Below the pieces are notes generated by a model, which made no database searches, was not told the origin of the DNA, and saw only the letters and a program-made list of their open reading frames with translations. A DNA stretch of 62,534 nt, counting the filler, from Choristocarpus tenellus KU-1152 (lineage: Eukaryota; Protista; Phaeophyceae): NCBI GenBank assembly GCA_964200185.2. It is 12 parts of 12 records of this genome, joined end to end, with 100 filler letters (N's around TTAATTAATTAA, not from the genome) between each part and the next. Parts side by side here need not be neighbours in the genome. Positions count along the whole stretch, not along the records: positions 51,079 to 57,496 come from CAXNAD020008185.1; positions 57,597 to 62,534 come from CAXNAD020012457.1; 10 more parts are not named here. One strand, given 5' to 3'. Below, piece by piece: positions 51,877-62,534 of the stretch (position 1 is the first letter of the stretch; each line of letters begins with the position of its first letter). A program made the position numbers and the translations under genes.

Positions 51877-54800
51877 GTTGGCCCCTGCTGGCGTCGGATC
51901 TGGTATCTCGTTGCGTAATTACCCCAGAGCCACTGCAGAAGAGGTTGGGAGAATCTGCCAGCACTTTGAGGATAAATGTGGTGGGCGCTATGCAAGTGAC
52001 TCTGCTGCAGCGAGGTGATGGGGGGGTGACTTTGCTGGATATTTTCCTGAAGATGTGTAGCAATGCATTGATGGGGTGGGCGGGGACTATCATGGGGAAG
52101 AAATATTTGGGGCTGGTGGGAGGGGGAAGGGCTCTTCTTTTGTAGTATAGTGGTAGACTCTTTTTGGGGAATATTCGTATTTTGATTAATGTAATAGATT
52201 GGTTCCTAATCTTTGAAACTGTTGGTTGTTGAAGTGAAAGAGTTTGGGCATGGCCCCTTTTCTTGGTGGTTCATTGTAGAAAATAATTTAATGTGCATCA
52301 GTCGGAAGGGGTGATGTAACAATGTATGATTTAAGTTTTTGGTAAATTTAATCTCTTGATTGTATATTTATTCTAATTTGATATTACTGGGGGTATGTCG
52401 TTTCTTCTACACCTGGATAACTACAAATCCCTCTGTGTGAATATTTTCCTGGATTGGTGTTAAGTTTTGCAGTTTCAGTCAAGAGGTATAAATCGTAGCT
52501 GCAGTTCTTGCCCCTGTAATATTTTTATTTGAAGATCAATTGTCTATGTATGTGTTAGACTTGATGATCTTTGAAGTATCTGTGAATTATAATCGTTTGT
52601 ACATTTTTTTTTGGGAGTTGATAAATAATTTTTGCTATGTTTTTGGAATTGGTTGCAGGAACTGTTAAATGTACCAAAACTATTGTACACTGTTGCTTTG
52701 TATTATGTACGTTTACTTGTTTTGTTTTTGCCTTACTTGGTGTGGAGAGGGAGAGGAAAGCTGACTTGCTGGACTTGTACTGTTGTAGAGGGTCTCATGT
52801 TTAAAATGTAGGTTGGTAGGGGTAGGGGATTGGGGGTGGGGGGGGAGTAGGAGTTAGTGAGGATCAAGTAAAGGAAAAAGGGTCTTTTCTTTGAATAATT
52901 GATCAAATTTTTTGTTTCTCTTGACTACTTAAGCTTGTTCATAGAAGGGAGAGGTAGGAGAGAAGGTGCTAATACAAATATTCTACAGGAAAATGGTAAC
53001 ATTTAAAGATGTATAGGTTCTAGAGTGTAAGGAGTATATTGGTATTTATAGCAGAAGTGTTGAACTATTGAAACTGTGTAACACCCGTGCCATGTCTTCC
53101 CCCCTCTACCCCCAAACTACTTCGTTGCTGCAAAAAGGTATGTATTTGACATGTCTCGAGAGGTCCAGCAGGTTGTGCAAGACATGGTGAGGGAGGCTGC
53201 AGCGGCTGGGGGTGGGTCAGGAGCAGGGGGAGGGGGTGGAGGTGCCAGAACGGTTGCTGATGCAAAACTTGCAGAGGTGAAGTTGTGTTCGTAGAAAGTG
53301 TATGTGTGTATGTTCGAGGGTTATGGTCCTATTAGTGGTCAGGCATTTTGCCCTGGGATTGAAGTGATATGGTATAGGTAGAGGAGAAGTATTCGTATTT
53401 TGTTTGATCTCCTGTAGTCCTGGTAGAACAAAGCGCCCACATTTTACGCTTCAATTGGTGTGATTTGATCAGATAGCGTTTTTGTTGTTTGAAACTGAAA
53501 ACTGAGGGGTGATTTTTGATTGGTTATTTTTCACGTGAATGTGTGCTGTGTGCTGTTCTTGTCAAGCTCAGCTATTTTTTTTGGGCTTCTGTTGGTGTGC
53601 TGGATGTGTGTTTTGATTTTTTTGGAGTTCATCGCAATTTTTTGTTTGAGTCAATTTAACTGGCACTCTTGATTTCTTTTGATTCACAATACCTCTGTAA
53701 GTGTACGGCATTTGTGGGTTACTCTTTCACTAAGCAGAGGTCTGTGGTGTGAGGTGATGGAATGGTGCTGAGGAAGACCTGAGGGGGTAGGGCAGTTTAC
53801 GATGTGGATGCATGTAGTAGGCACAGTTTTGTGAAATGTAGACTGTTTTCCAATACTTTAAAACTACTTGTTTTTGTATCATATCCTTTGCATTAATGAC
53901 GAACCTTAATATTGTTGGTTTTTGTAGTATTTTCTTCTGTATTACTGTTTTTTTGGAATCTATATTATTATTCTGAATATTTTTTCTTTTTTCTTGCACT
54001 TTTGAAATTGCAAATTTGTATCTTAATTGTGTGTTTGTGTACTGCAAGCACTTCTGAGAATTATTGTTGGTATTATTCTTAAATGCGTTGATATTTGTTC
54101 TTTTTTAATATATCATTAATTTGAATTTTCATTTATAATCTTTGGTGTGCCTCTTATGATGCTAATTTTTTATTTGTATGTACATGTACATATGTGTATC
54201 GTCTTTTGGCACATGTTTTGTATATGTGCTTTTCAAGAACGTCTATGTTGCATCTATGTGTGTATGTGTTGGTTAATGTGTTGGTTAATGTGTTATATAA
54301 CGGTTATTTTGAGGGTGCTGTGTAATGATGTCAATTTATATTTTTGTTTGTGTGTGGTTTCTTATTCTATTTGCATTCATTCTGTGTGAGAATTTTATTT
54401 CCTTGTGCGTAATGCATAAAAGGCCAGGTACTGGTAAGTTTGAACCTCAACCCAAATATTGAAGGCAAAGCAGAGAGATAGAGATAAGAGATTGTGTGTA
54501 GCGCAGGCATGTTGTCATTATTTTTGTAATGACAATGTATTTGATCAACAATGTTGGACTAAGATGTAATACCCGAGGTCACCCCTCATAGGAATGTCCA
54601 ACCATGTCAACTTGGCTTCTCTCAAGTAAGTCTCTATACACACCAAGATGCTCAACCAGTCGGGTTTCGTTTGGGCGCGCTGCCAATGCACAATTGAAAG
54701 GTTTGGGTGTCTCCTCCTGTACAAATGCTACCAGGAAATGAGTGTTTAGACAGGGCACATTTTTCCCAAATGGGCTGCCTACTAATTGGAGAATTTCCCA

Positions 54801-57457
54801 CTATCTCTGTCGCTGAATAAAATTTGCTTTTGTTGGAATGGTACGACATTGGGGTATTTACCATGAAAGGTACAAGTAATTTCGTGTATGCTTTCAACAT
54901 TCCTTTAAAATTTTTTATTACCACTTTTTTTTTTCAGGTCATGCCATACTGTCAACTAGACCGAAGCTGCATGTAAAGCACTGCAAGGAAATTACCTAAA
55001 TGTAGTTTTGAATACCTTGGCAGGCGTGTGCAGACATTGTATGTTGGGAATTAGTTGTTGGTTTGTTGTGTGTGTTTGTTTTGGATTGATTATTAGTCTG
55101 CTTGTATTGTTTGTGGGACACTGTTGTGATAAGCGAAGATTTGTTTTGCTGGGGAGTTTTGCATGATGTGTTTGTGGATGAGTGAGGCTTTTGGGTTGTT
55201 GTTCTTGTGATGCGATGATGGACTGGAGGAATAGTTGTGCTAGTTTTTATTTACCACTAACTGAATCGTTCTGTAGTAAAATTAGAGCAAAATTCAGTTA
55301 AATAGCTGTGCACATATGTAAGTACAGACATACATACATTCAATAAAGCCTCTTTTTTGTTTTTTATATTCATGTGCTGTAAGAATGTATACGTATACAT
55401 GAATGTGTAACTGCAATTGTCATATATTTTGTGGAAAAGGTGGTGTACATGCAAGTGCCCACATGTCGCATGCTTACATAAACATGTAGTGTGCATAGGA
55501 ACAAAGAACTCTCATTGTAATGTACCTTTGATAGTCTTACTAAGTAGAATGTACTTCTTTTGCTCTCTTTGCTTGAAAGTATTTTCCTTTGCTTTCAGAA
55601 AATACATACTTTTGTTGTTCCTTCTTATTCTTTTTTTTGTTGTAGGAGTGGAATAATGCCTTTGGGCGTGGTTCAACCCTTGGGAAAGATCTGGCGGCTG
55701 TTGGTGTCCAACTTGGGGGCGATGGGGGAGGCACTCGAGGGGGGGGGCTGGGAGGGGGGGCTGGGGTAAGGGGGGTTATATCCCCGGCCACAGTGGCGGA
55801 TGCACTTGGCAGGCTAGTGAGGAGGGTGTTGGAGACTGAGAGGGCTCAAGGCAAGTATTATTGTTATTGTTAGTGTTAGTATAAGTAGTAGTAAAATTAT
55901 TTCTATTTTATTATTTTTCTAGCACTATGTTATGGTGAAGTGTATGACTAATTTCGATGTTTTGTGGCATAACCTGATGGCAATATCAGCTTTTTTTTAT
56001 TTATTGGATTGTTGCATTAGATTGGCCTTGGTCAGACCTATCAGATGATACATGTCTGGCTCAAGTGTTTTACAATTCAGAATATTTGTTTTGGGGTCAA
56101 AGTAGGGCAAATAAAGACCTTTTTTTGAACACATTGGTAGGAAACCTGGGCAGAGCAGAGTTTATTAAATCATTGTGAATGATTACTTTTTTTGGGTGAA
56201 TTGGAGCGCAAATCTTGTTTTTTGTTTTTTTTGGTGTATTTAGAGATGGGACTGTAGGGCACACACCCCAAAAGAAATTTGTTGTATATAGGTAGGTGGG
56301 TAGATAGTGTTGTTACTTTTTTTATTTGCGACATTGAGTCACTCTTTTTTTGCCTTTTCTACCATGATAGAGTCAGTTTGATGAGGTACCAAAACACCCT
56401 CTACTTTATCTCAGATGTCTTCAAGTAACTACAACAGGGATAGAATTAAGCAAGGGCGGCATCACAATGTGCAGAACAGAGCATGGCGATATTGCTGTAG
56501 TTACAGACATCCTCTTCTTCGTGTCTAACTGTACCTACTAATATCTGTATTGTTAATATCTGTATTACTTTCATATATATTACTAATACTCTGCATTACT
56601 AGTATCTGTATTACTTATACTCTGTATTGCTAATATCTGTATTACTATTATCTGTATTACTACCATCTGCATTGCCCTTGTTTTGTTTCATTATGTATGT
56701 AACCAGTTATCGATCAATATGCCTGATACTCTTTTGCAACAGAGATTGCACATTGTTTTCTGGGCAATGTTGCTCTGTCTGTTGTGCTTAATTCCTGGGC
56801 TCAATGTCTGATACACAAACCGGGGTTGTCCTGGAGGCTATAGTAGTATATGCCCTGTTTAAAATTGACTAGCCTTTGTAGTATTAGTGCTATTAGTGCT
56901 CTATGTAGTGCTGTATGGCAGTTACTCTTGTTGGAAGTGTTTGTTGAGATACTGACGGATGACTCATTCTGCATCATGATTTGATGAGGTGAACACAAAA
57001 TTCTCAAGTCTAGTGGTCATTTGAAAACTGTGAGAGAGGGCTAAGACCCTTGTTTGTCTAACCTGTGTTACAATTTTTGGACAAGGTACAAAGTGTGAAC
57101 TTGACAGCGATATCTGCGTTTGTGCAGACTGACAGTTACGGGGTGGCAGTTACAAACGAAGCTGTGGCAGAGGTCTAGTCTGTAAGTTGTTTTTATCTCT
57201 TGGTGTTGATTGTGTGTGTATGTGTAGTATGGACACACATCTCGCAGGGATGTTTGATAGATGGTGACCTCTTGTCTATGTCTTTCTTTTCTTCTTTTTT
57301 TCTTTATTTATTATGTTTTTTTTTTGGCTTAGCGAAATCTATGGCAGATATGAGGGGGGCAATGGATGCACATGTAGCAGCGTCGGCGAGCAGCAGCGAG
57401 GCAGATCGCAGAGCACACGAGGAAGATAGGGAGGCTTTGTCGGGCAGGCACAGCAAG
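51877..57457 (+). CDS. Multi-exon gene of unknown function, partial
   Basis: Exons 51877-52014, 53052-53137, 54938-54972 and 55646-55816 chain in phase (LRNYPRATAEEVGRICQHFEDKCGG...SVELLKLCN...EWNNAFGRGSTLG...); a further exon lies at 57333-57457; introns are T/G-rich on this strand. Confidence 0.55.
56535..56675. repeat. 15-bp minisatellite (TACTAATATCTGTAT) x~9
   Basis: Tandem diverged units. Confidence 0.88.
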
Positions 57458-58371
57458 GTTGGCTATGGAGACGGGATGATGAAGAGGGGGCAGGGGNNNN
57501 NNNNNNNNNNNNNNNNNNNNNNNNNNNNNNNNNNNNNNNNTTAATTAATTAANNNNNNNNNNNNNNNNNNNNNNNNNNNNNNNNNNNNNNNNNNNNTCTC
57601 CTCCCCCAGATACCTTTGGTCCTGGCACTACTTCTTACCTCTACGAGTTAGTTGGCAACGCACCACAATCACTCTACAAAAATATTTTGTAACACTTGCA
57701 GACAAGCACATTCTTCACCCCAAAGCCCTCAAAAACTCAAGCACAAGGGACGAAAAAGTGCTCGACACCATGCCAGATCGAGTCCTATATGGCCAGGCTC
57801 CTTGTCAGAGACAGATTTCCACTGTCAACAGAAGATGTCGATTTTTTTCCACCTCAGAGAGAAGTAGATGACCCTCAAATTGCAAAATTTAGCAAATTCA
57901 GCTCTGGTGTTCAATGGTTGGATTCTGGTTAATTATTTTTTTATTCAACGGTGTATACTTCTAACACTCTGGTAGAAAAAAAAAAAATCAGATGTGGAGA
58001 GGGTGAGGCGGAGTTCCACGCCCACGCCTCAAAACCGAGGAACCTACTAAAAATTTTAGCCAGTACCCAGCCCGTGTCCTCCACATCCTCACACAGCAGG
58101 GGCATAATATCGAGAAAAAAAGATAAAAAAAAAAGGGTTCGTGTACTACATAGCTATTTCAATATACAGGGGAGCACAGAATTTGTAAATCACAATATGA
58201 TACGGCACTTGAGGTCGGGAACAACAACATTATCTTGGACCTGGGGGTTGAACACGGAGAGTTTGAAGTCGGTGGAAATGTAACCTCTCTGCCATCTTTG
58301 AACGATGCTAGGGCTCGTTGCGACACACGCCTGCGAAGTTCTCCCTTTTTCGGGTGCTGGGCAGATCCGCG

Positions 58372-61300
58372 TCACCCATAGGAGGTTGTAGTGCAGTTGT
58401 ATGTTTCTGGAGCATACCAATCCGGCATAGCATTCGACGTGCTCCACTGCAATGTGGAGAGAGTGCGGGTAGGGAGGGAGTACGAGCAAAGCACGGGCAG
58501 CGTGTGAGGGAAACTACATCATTTTGGTGCTTGTCTGAGGCATCTTGTACCCATAGGTTTATGACTACGGTGCCCGGGGCCCCTCCTAGACACCCAGTCA
58601 TGCTCAGAGGACCCTTAGAATAACTAAAAAAAAAATGAGTCAAAAGTGTCTTGTATCTTGGAGGTAGAGCCGCCGCGTCCGTTTGTGGACCAAAATCCGA
58701 TGTTGCGACTTTGGTGTCATTTTGGCTATATCGTGTTTGCTAGGAAGTGTCAATATCCTTGTTCCAGACACACATTCTCATAACGTATGCCCCGAGGTAT
58801 CTGGGGGGGAGGAGTACATATTTTACCGACTCTAAAACGATTCAGAGTAGGGTTAGGGTTAGGGTTATACTTATTTTACCGACTCTAAAACATATCAGAG
58901 TAGGTAAAATGCCATTAAAAAAAAACGTGGGAAGCCAAGCCCCAGACGGACAAACGGGGCAAAACTTGTAACCTCTCTTAATAAGATACTTCCACTCAAA
59001 GCTCTGGAATATTCCGGAGTTTTCCGTACTGGAACACTAGGCGTTCCTCACAGGATGCTCCGTTTCATACTCGTGTCCATGCTGAAATCTCTTTAGTGTG
59101 ATCCAGAGGTGTACACCAGAGTAGCACAGAGCACAACACTCGTCAGCCTACTCAATGATCTGCCTACTACCCTTTCCGTGCGTAACTGTCCACAGGGCTT
59201 CTCTTTATATATTTTTTCAACCTGCCTGCTAAGGAGGGCAAAAATCTCACATCGTTCTGTTGTTTGTCCCCCAGTACAATGGTGGGCTTTGTAGGATTGG
59301 GACTTCCACGCACTTGAGTGCCGGGCGCGAGTCTCTGGGTGGCCTGCACCACATGGTCGAGCGAGTCGTTCTGGATAGAAGTTAGCGTCTTGATGCGATT
59401 GTCTCCAAACGATATGTTCGACTGCCTGATTCGCAGTTGAAGCTCTGGTGTCATATCGGGCCGGGCCTTACGCATGTGGTTAGTGAGGTCGGGCATCTGG
59501 TTGCTGCGCCCGTATGCCAGTAAGTTGGCGCTTTCCTTCCCATCAGGTGTTGGAGCAAGACAAGTCAATCTGGCTGATGGGAAAGGAAATCCATTTGAGG
59601 TAGTGGTAGGAGCATTTGTTACGTAGTTCCTCAAGGCTTGTGCATCTCACACCGTTGTGTAATTATATACTACTGGAGATTTTTGCCCGAAGTGAGTTGA
59701 CATATTTTTCCAGGCAGGGTGATACTCCTGTAGACCTTGGGTCCTAAGTACGCAATAGTGTCATGACTTGCTTTCTATCTTTCTTGTAATTCTGATTTTG
59801 CGCGATAACCCCGCCGCCGGGAACAGACTCGGAGTAGAAGTGTAAGGAGATTAAAAAGAGGGAGGGAGTGTTGGGTCGTTTTATTCCATGTAGGAGTTTA
59901 TCGGTGTATAAGGCGACTGAATCAATGGCAACAATAAGGTTCTTCAGCTTCTGTGAAAGGGATGCTTCGAAGCATTTGTGAAGGTGGGAGGGAGGTGCAG
60001 TGGACTTCATACGTAGGACTCAATATGTTACTGCTTCCCATTGCGTGCAGATGTCATGAGTAGCGATTCAAAGTATCTGGGTGGGCGGGCGGTGGCTGTC
60101 CATTCGGGGCCCATATTTCCTTGTCGCGATTTTTGGGTGATTTGGTTGCATGTATCTGATGGATAATATAATCGCACTTCTCCTGTTCAGGCCCTGAATG
60201 GACATCCTGGTGTAGACCCTCCCTCCCCCCAGATACTTTGAGCCAGAAAGAAAAAATGTAATACTAATGATGGAGTATTTTGGAGAACTAGTACCAGATT
60301 CCTCACCTTCGGATGATTAAGTGATCCCATCATAACACACTCCCTACTCACCACGTTGCTGTAGCCTTTGAAATAAGTTCCGGTTGGCGACGAACATGTC
60401 AGAGGTTTCTTTCTTATCAGGTGGACACATCCCATCTTGTGCCACTGAAGTCTTGTGTTCTAGTTGGAGTTTGTCTGAGCCAAGTTTTAGGCTGTAGTTC
60501 GTCCAGCGATCCATAGATGTATAGGTCGAGCACTTAGTCAGACAGAGAGATCGCTTTGAGGGGGATTTATAAAAATTTCGTCCAACCAGATTGTGGCGAA
60601 ATTGGTCGATATATTGTTCGACAATACACTATTCACTTTGAAAGGACTTTACCTGTGAGCAGGTTCAAAGGCTTAACCCTAGTTTAAGTTAGTAGTGGAT
60701 AGCGAGTACATAATTTGGTGCGATCAATGAATTTCGCATGATAATATCGAGCCTTTTCTTGTTGTTTTGGTCTTTTGCGGACTTCAATTATAGTTACTAG
60801 ATAAACGTCTATGATATTTCTTGTTCGGCAGAATACTACACAACACCAAATATAGTCGGAGCATGTCTTGACTCTCATCTCATGAATATCTGTTAGATAC
60901 GTCAAGGTGGAAAGGTGTGGGCAACACACCTTGATTGCCGGATAAGCCTCGCCGTCTCCTCGTTTAGTTTGCCTCGGTATGTGGATAGATCTCTTTCAGG
61001 CACAGGCATTGTGTTCGACGAAAGTTTATTCTTGTCTGGATCATCACTGCCCAACACAATTTGGGCTGTCTGCAATGCTGCAAGCAAATGCATTGTGTTC
61101 TCAGGTTGACTGGAGAGGTATGAAGAATCTTCTTTGTCGGGGTATGAAAGAATACGGTTCTGTCGCCCCATCACGGAGGTGCACGAGGAGAGGCAAACAG
61201 ATGCAGGTGCTCATTTTTCAGGGTGTTGATAGGTCTACATACTATGGGAGCGTCCTTGAACTCACCTTTTTTCATTTCTGAATTTTTTTTCGTTTGGTCA

Positions 61301-62534
61301 GGACCCCAAGATTCCCCAACAGAGGGTTGTGGTTGTGTGCTTGACAGGGTCCAGTCATTAGGTGTCAAACTTCCTAATACGAGGGATGAGGCTGTCAACC
61401 GTAGTTTCATCTCTCTGTTTTGTTTTGCCAGGACGTCTGGCGCAAGCATTCGCTGTAGCCTCTTAGGTCGCCTTCGATTTAGCATCTTCCCGCGCCTGAC
61501 TTGCTCCCTCGCAGTACTACTACGGTGAGGTGAAAGGTGGTTAGGTGTGTAGAAGAAAGAACGAAACCCCAAAATATCGATAATGCCAAAATGGTATTGT
61601 GGAACTCCATACCATCAAATGTTTTCTCAAAAAACTCAACTTGCCATCGTATCTACTATCACCAGCTTTGAGCCATGGCGGGAAGAAGGAAGATGCAGAT
61701 GGCCCTTGCAGTACAAACGGACGAGTTGAGACGGCTGTCGCGAATGAAGCACCTGGGAATGAAGGTGGGGATTTCTTGATTGCAAAACTTTCCTGGGTCG
61801 ACTACTGTGTTGTTCACTCTTACTAGAAATGCAATTTGTACCCATGAAATGAGCTTTAATTGGATTTAATTCTTTGGTACACTGATGCGAAATGAGATCT
61901 CACATAGTGATCAGAGAGATCCCATCTATTATGCTGCAAAACAGTTTGGCGGACTAATGCCATCATTGCCAACGTTGAACCTCCTCTTTTCGTCAGCGTC
62001 GGCCCCCTACACCCTCTCCGACACTCCCTGCTCCTTTCCGTGTGCAAGGCTTTCTTAATCGATCAGCCAGTACAGGGCTTTGCGATGAATGAGGAGGTTA
62101 GATTAAAGCTCACCATTCTATACTGTGATAAGGTGCTTGGGTGGGAGTTGATTTTCGACCTGGAAGCTCCAGAGCGATGCCCCGACCTTGTGCCTTTGCC
62201 GTCAACAGACGCCGAGTTTGCCGAGGTGAGCCCCCTCAATTATCATGGAAACGAAATCAGTCGTTCGTTCCATAAGTTCAAAAGGTGCTTGGAGTCCCTG
62301 CCTTACTGTTACTTCACTCGCCGTCGCCGATTGTGCCAACCCTTGAAAGGTCATAGTTGGTCATTGAAGCGTAGAGCACCGTCTTTTTGAGGGAAAAGGG
62401 CGCGGATTGCACTTGCTGTATGGATGTGGTAGGATGTTTGTGGACAAGCTTGGATGGCGAGGTTCTCTTGTCGCCCCCCCTTGAATTGCGCTTCCTTGCG
62501 AATTGTTCCCCCCCCCTGCCCAAGTACTTCTTAG
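58372..62534 (-). CDS. Spliced gene encoding a protein with six ~[LI]xxSx[IL]x[LF]G[DS]...[ST] repeats (flagellar microtubule-inner-protein-like), 5' end uncertain
   Basis: Exons include 62234-62114, ..-61904, 61801-61641, 61519-61266, 61131-60930, 60491-60352, ~59736-59651, 59569-59251 and 58446-58372 (TGA). Repeats: LTASSLVLGS, LQTAQIVLGSD, IRQSSLKLGSD, NMSTHFGQ, IRQSNISFGD, TKPTIVLGD. Confidence 0.7.
58637..58997. mobile_element. MITE family B with an internal family-A TIR remnant, a 37-bp duplication and a telomeric insert
   Basis: GAGTCAAAAG...AAGATACTTCCACTC ends; about 100 bp longer than other B copies. Confidence 0.82.
60065..60244. mobile_element. MITE family A, complete, intronic
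   Basis: GATTCAAAGTATCTGGG / CCCAGATACTTTGAGCC; flanks AGC/AGA. Confidence 0.88.

Noticed and set aside
59647-59649. Apparent in-frame TGA within the repeat-protein gene, suggesting recoding
   Set aside because: It overlaps a GTGAGA donor; an ~80-nt intron (59650-59570) removes it in phase. TGA also ends the RGS gene and this gene normally.

Overview
Eukaryotic nuclear DNA, not prokaryotic. The window is 12 apparently unrelated contigs joined by artificial 100-bp linkers (44 N + TTAATTAATTAA + 44 N). GT-AG introns, TTAGGG repeats and a TM-RGS gene suggest a stramenopile, possibly brown-alga-like (inference). Spliced genes rebuilt by hand: the 5' part of an ABCC/MRP transporter, a TM-RGS protein, a BAH + C5 cytosine methyltransferase (DNMT1-like, with a decayed 3' half), a protein with six LG/FG repeats (possibly flagellar), several unknown multi-exon genes, and isolated ankyrin and RanBP2-zinc-finger exons. 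Repeats: about 20 copies of three MITE families sharing a G(A/G)(G/C)TCAAAGTA terminus, decayed LTR-retrotransposon pieces (one with a CCCH-finger gag), mini- and microsatellites, and many short interstitial telomere tracts. Strongest leads: (1) the DNMT1-like gene together with a CpG-rich 5' end versus CpG-depleted gene body at the ABCC locus; (2) a telomerase-like insertion at a duplicated junction inside a MITE; (3) the CCCH-gag retroelement. All gene models and counts were made by eye and none has been checked against a database.
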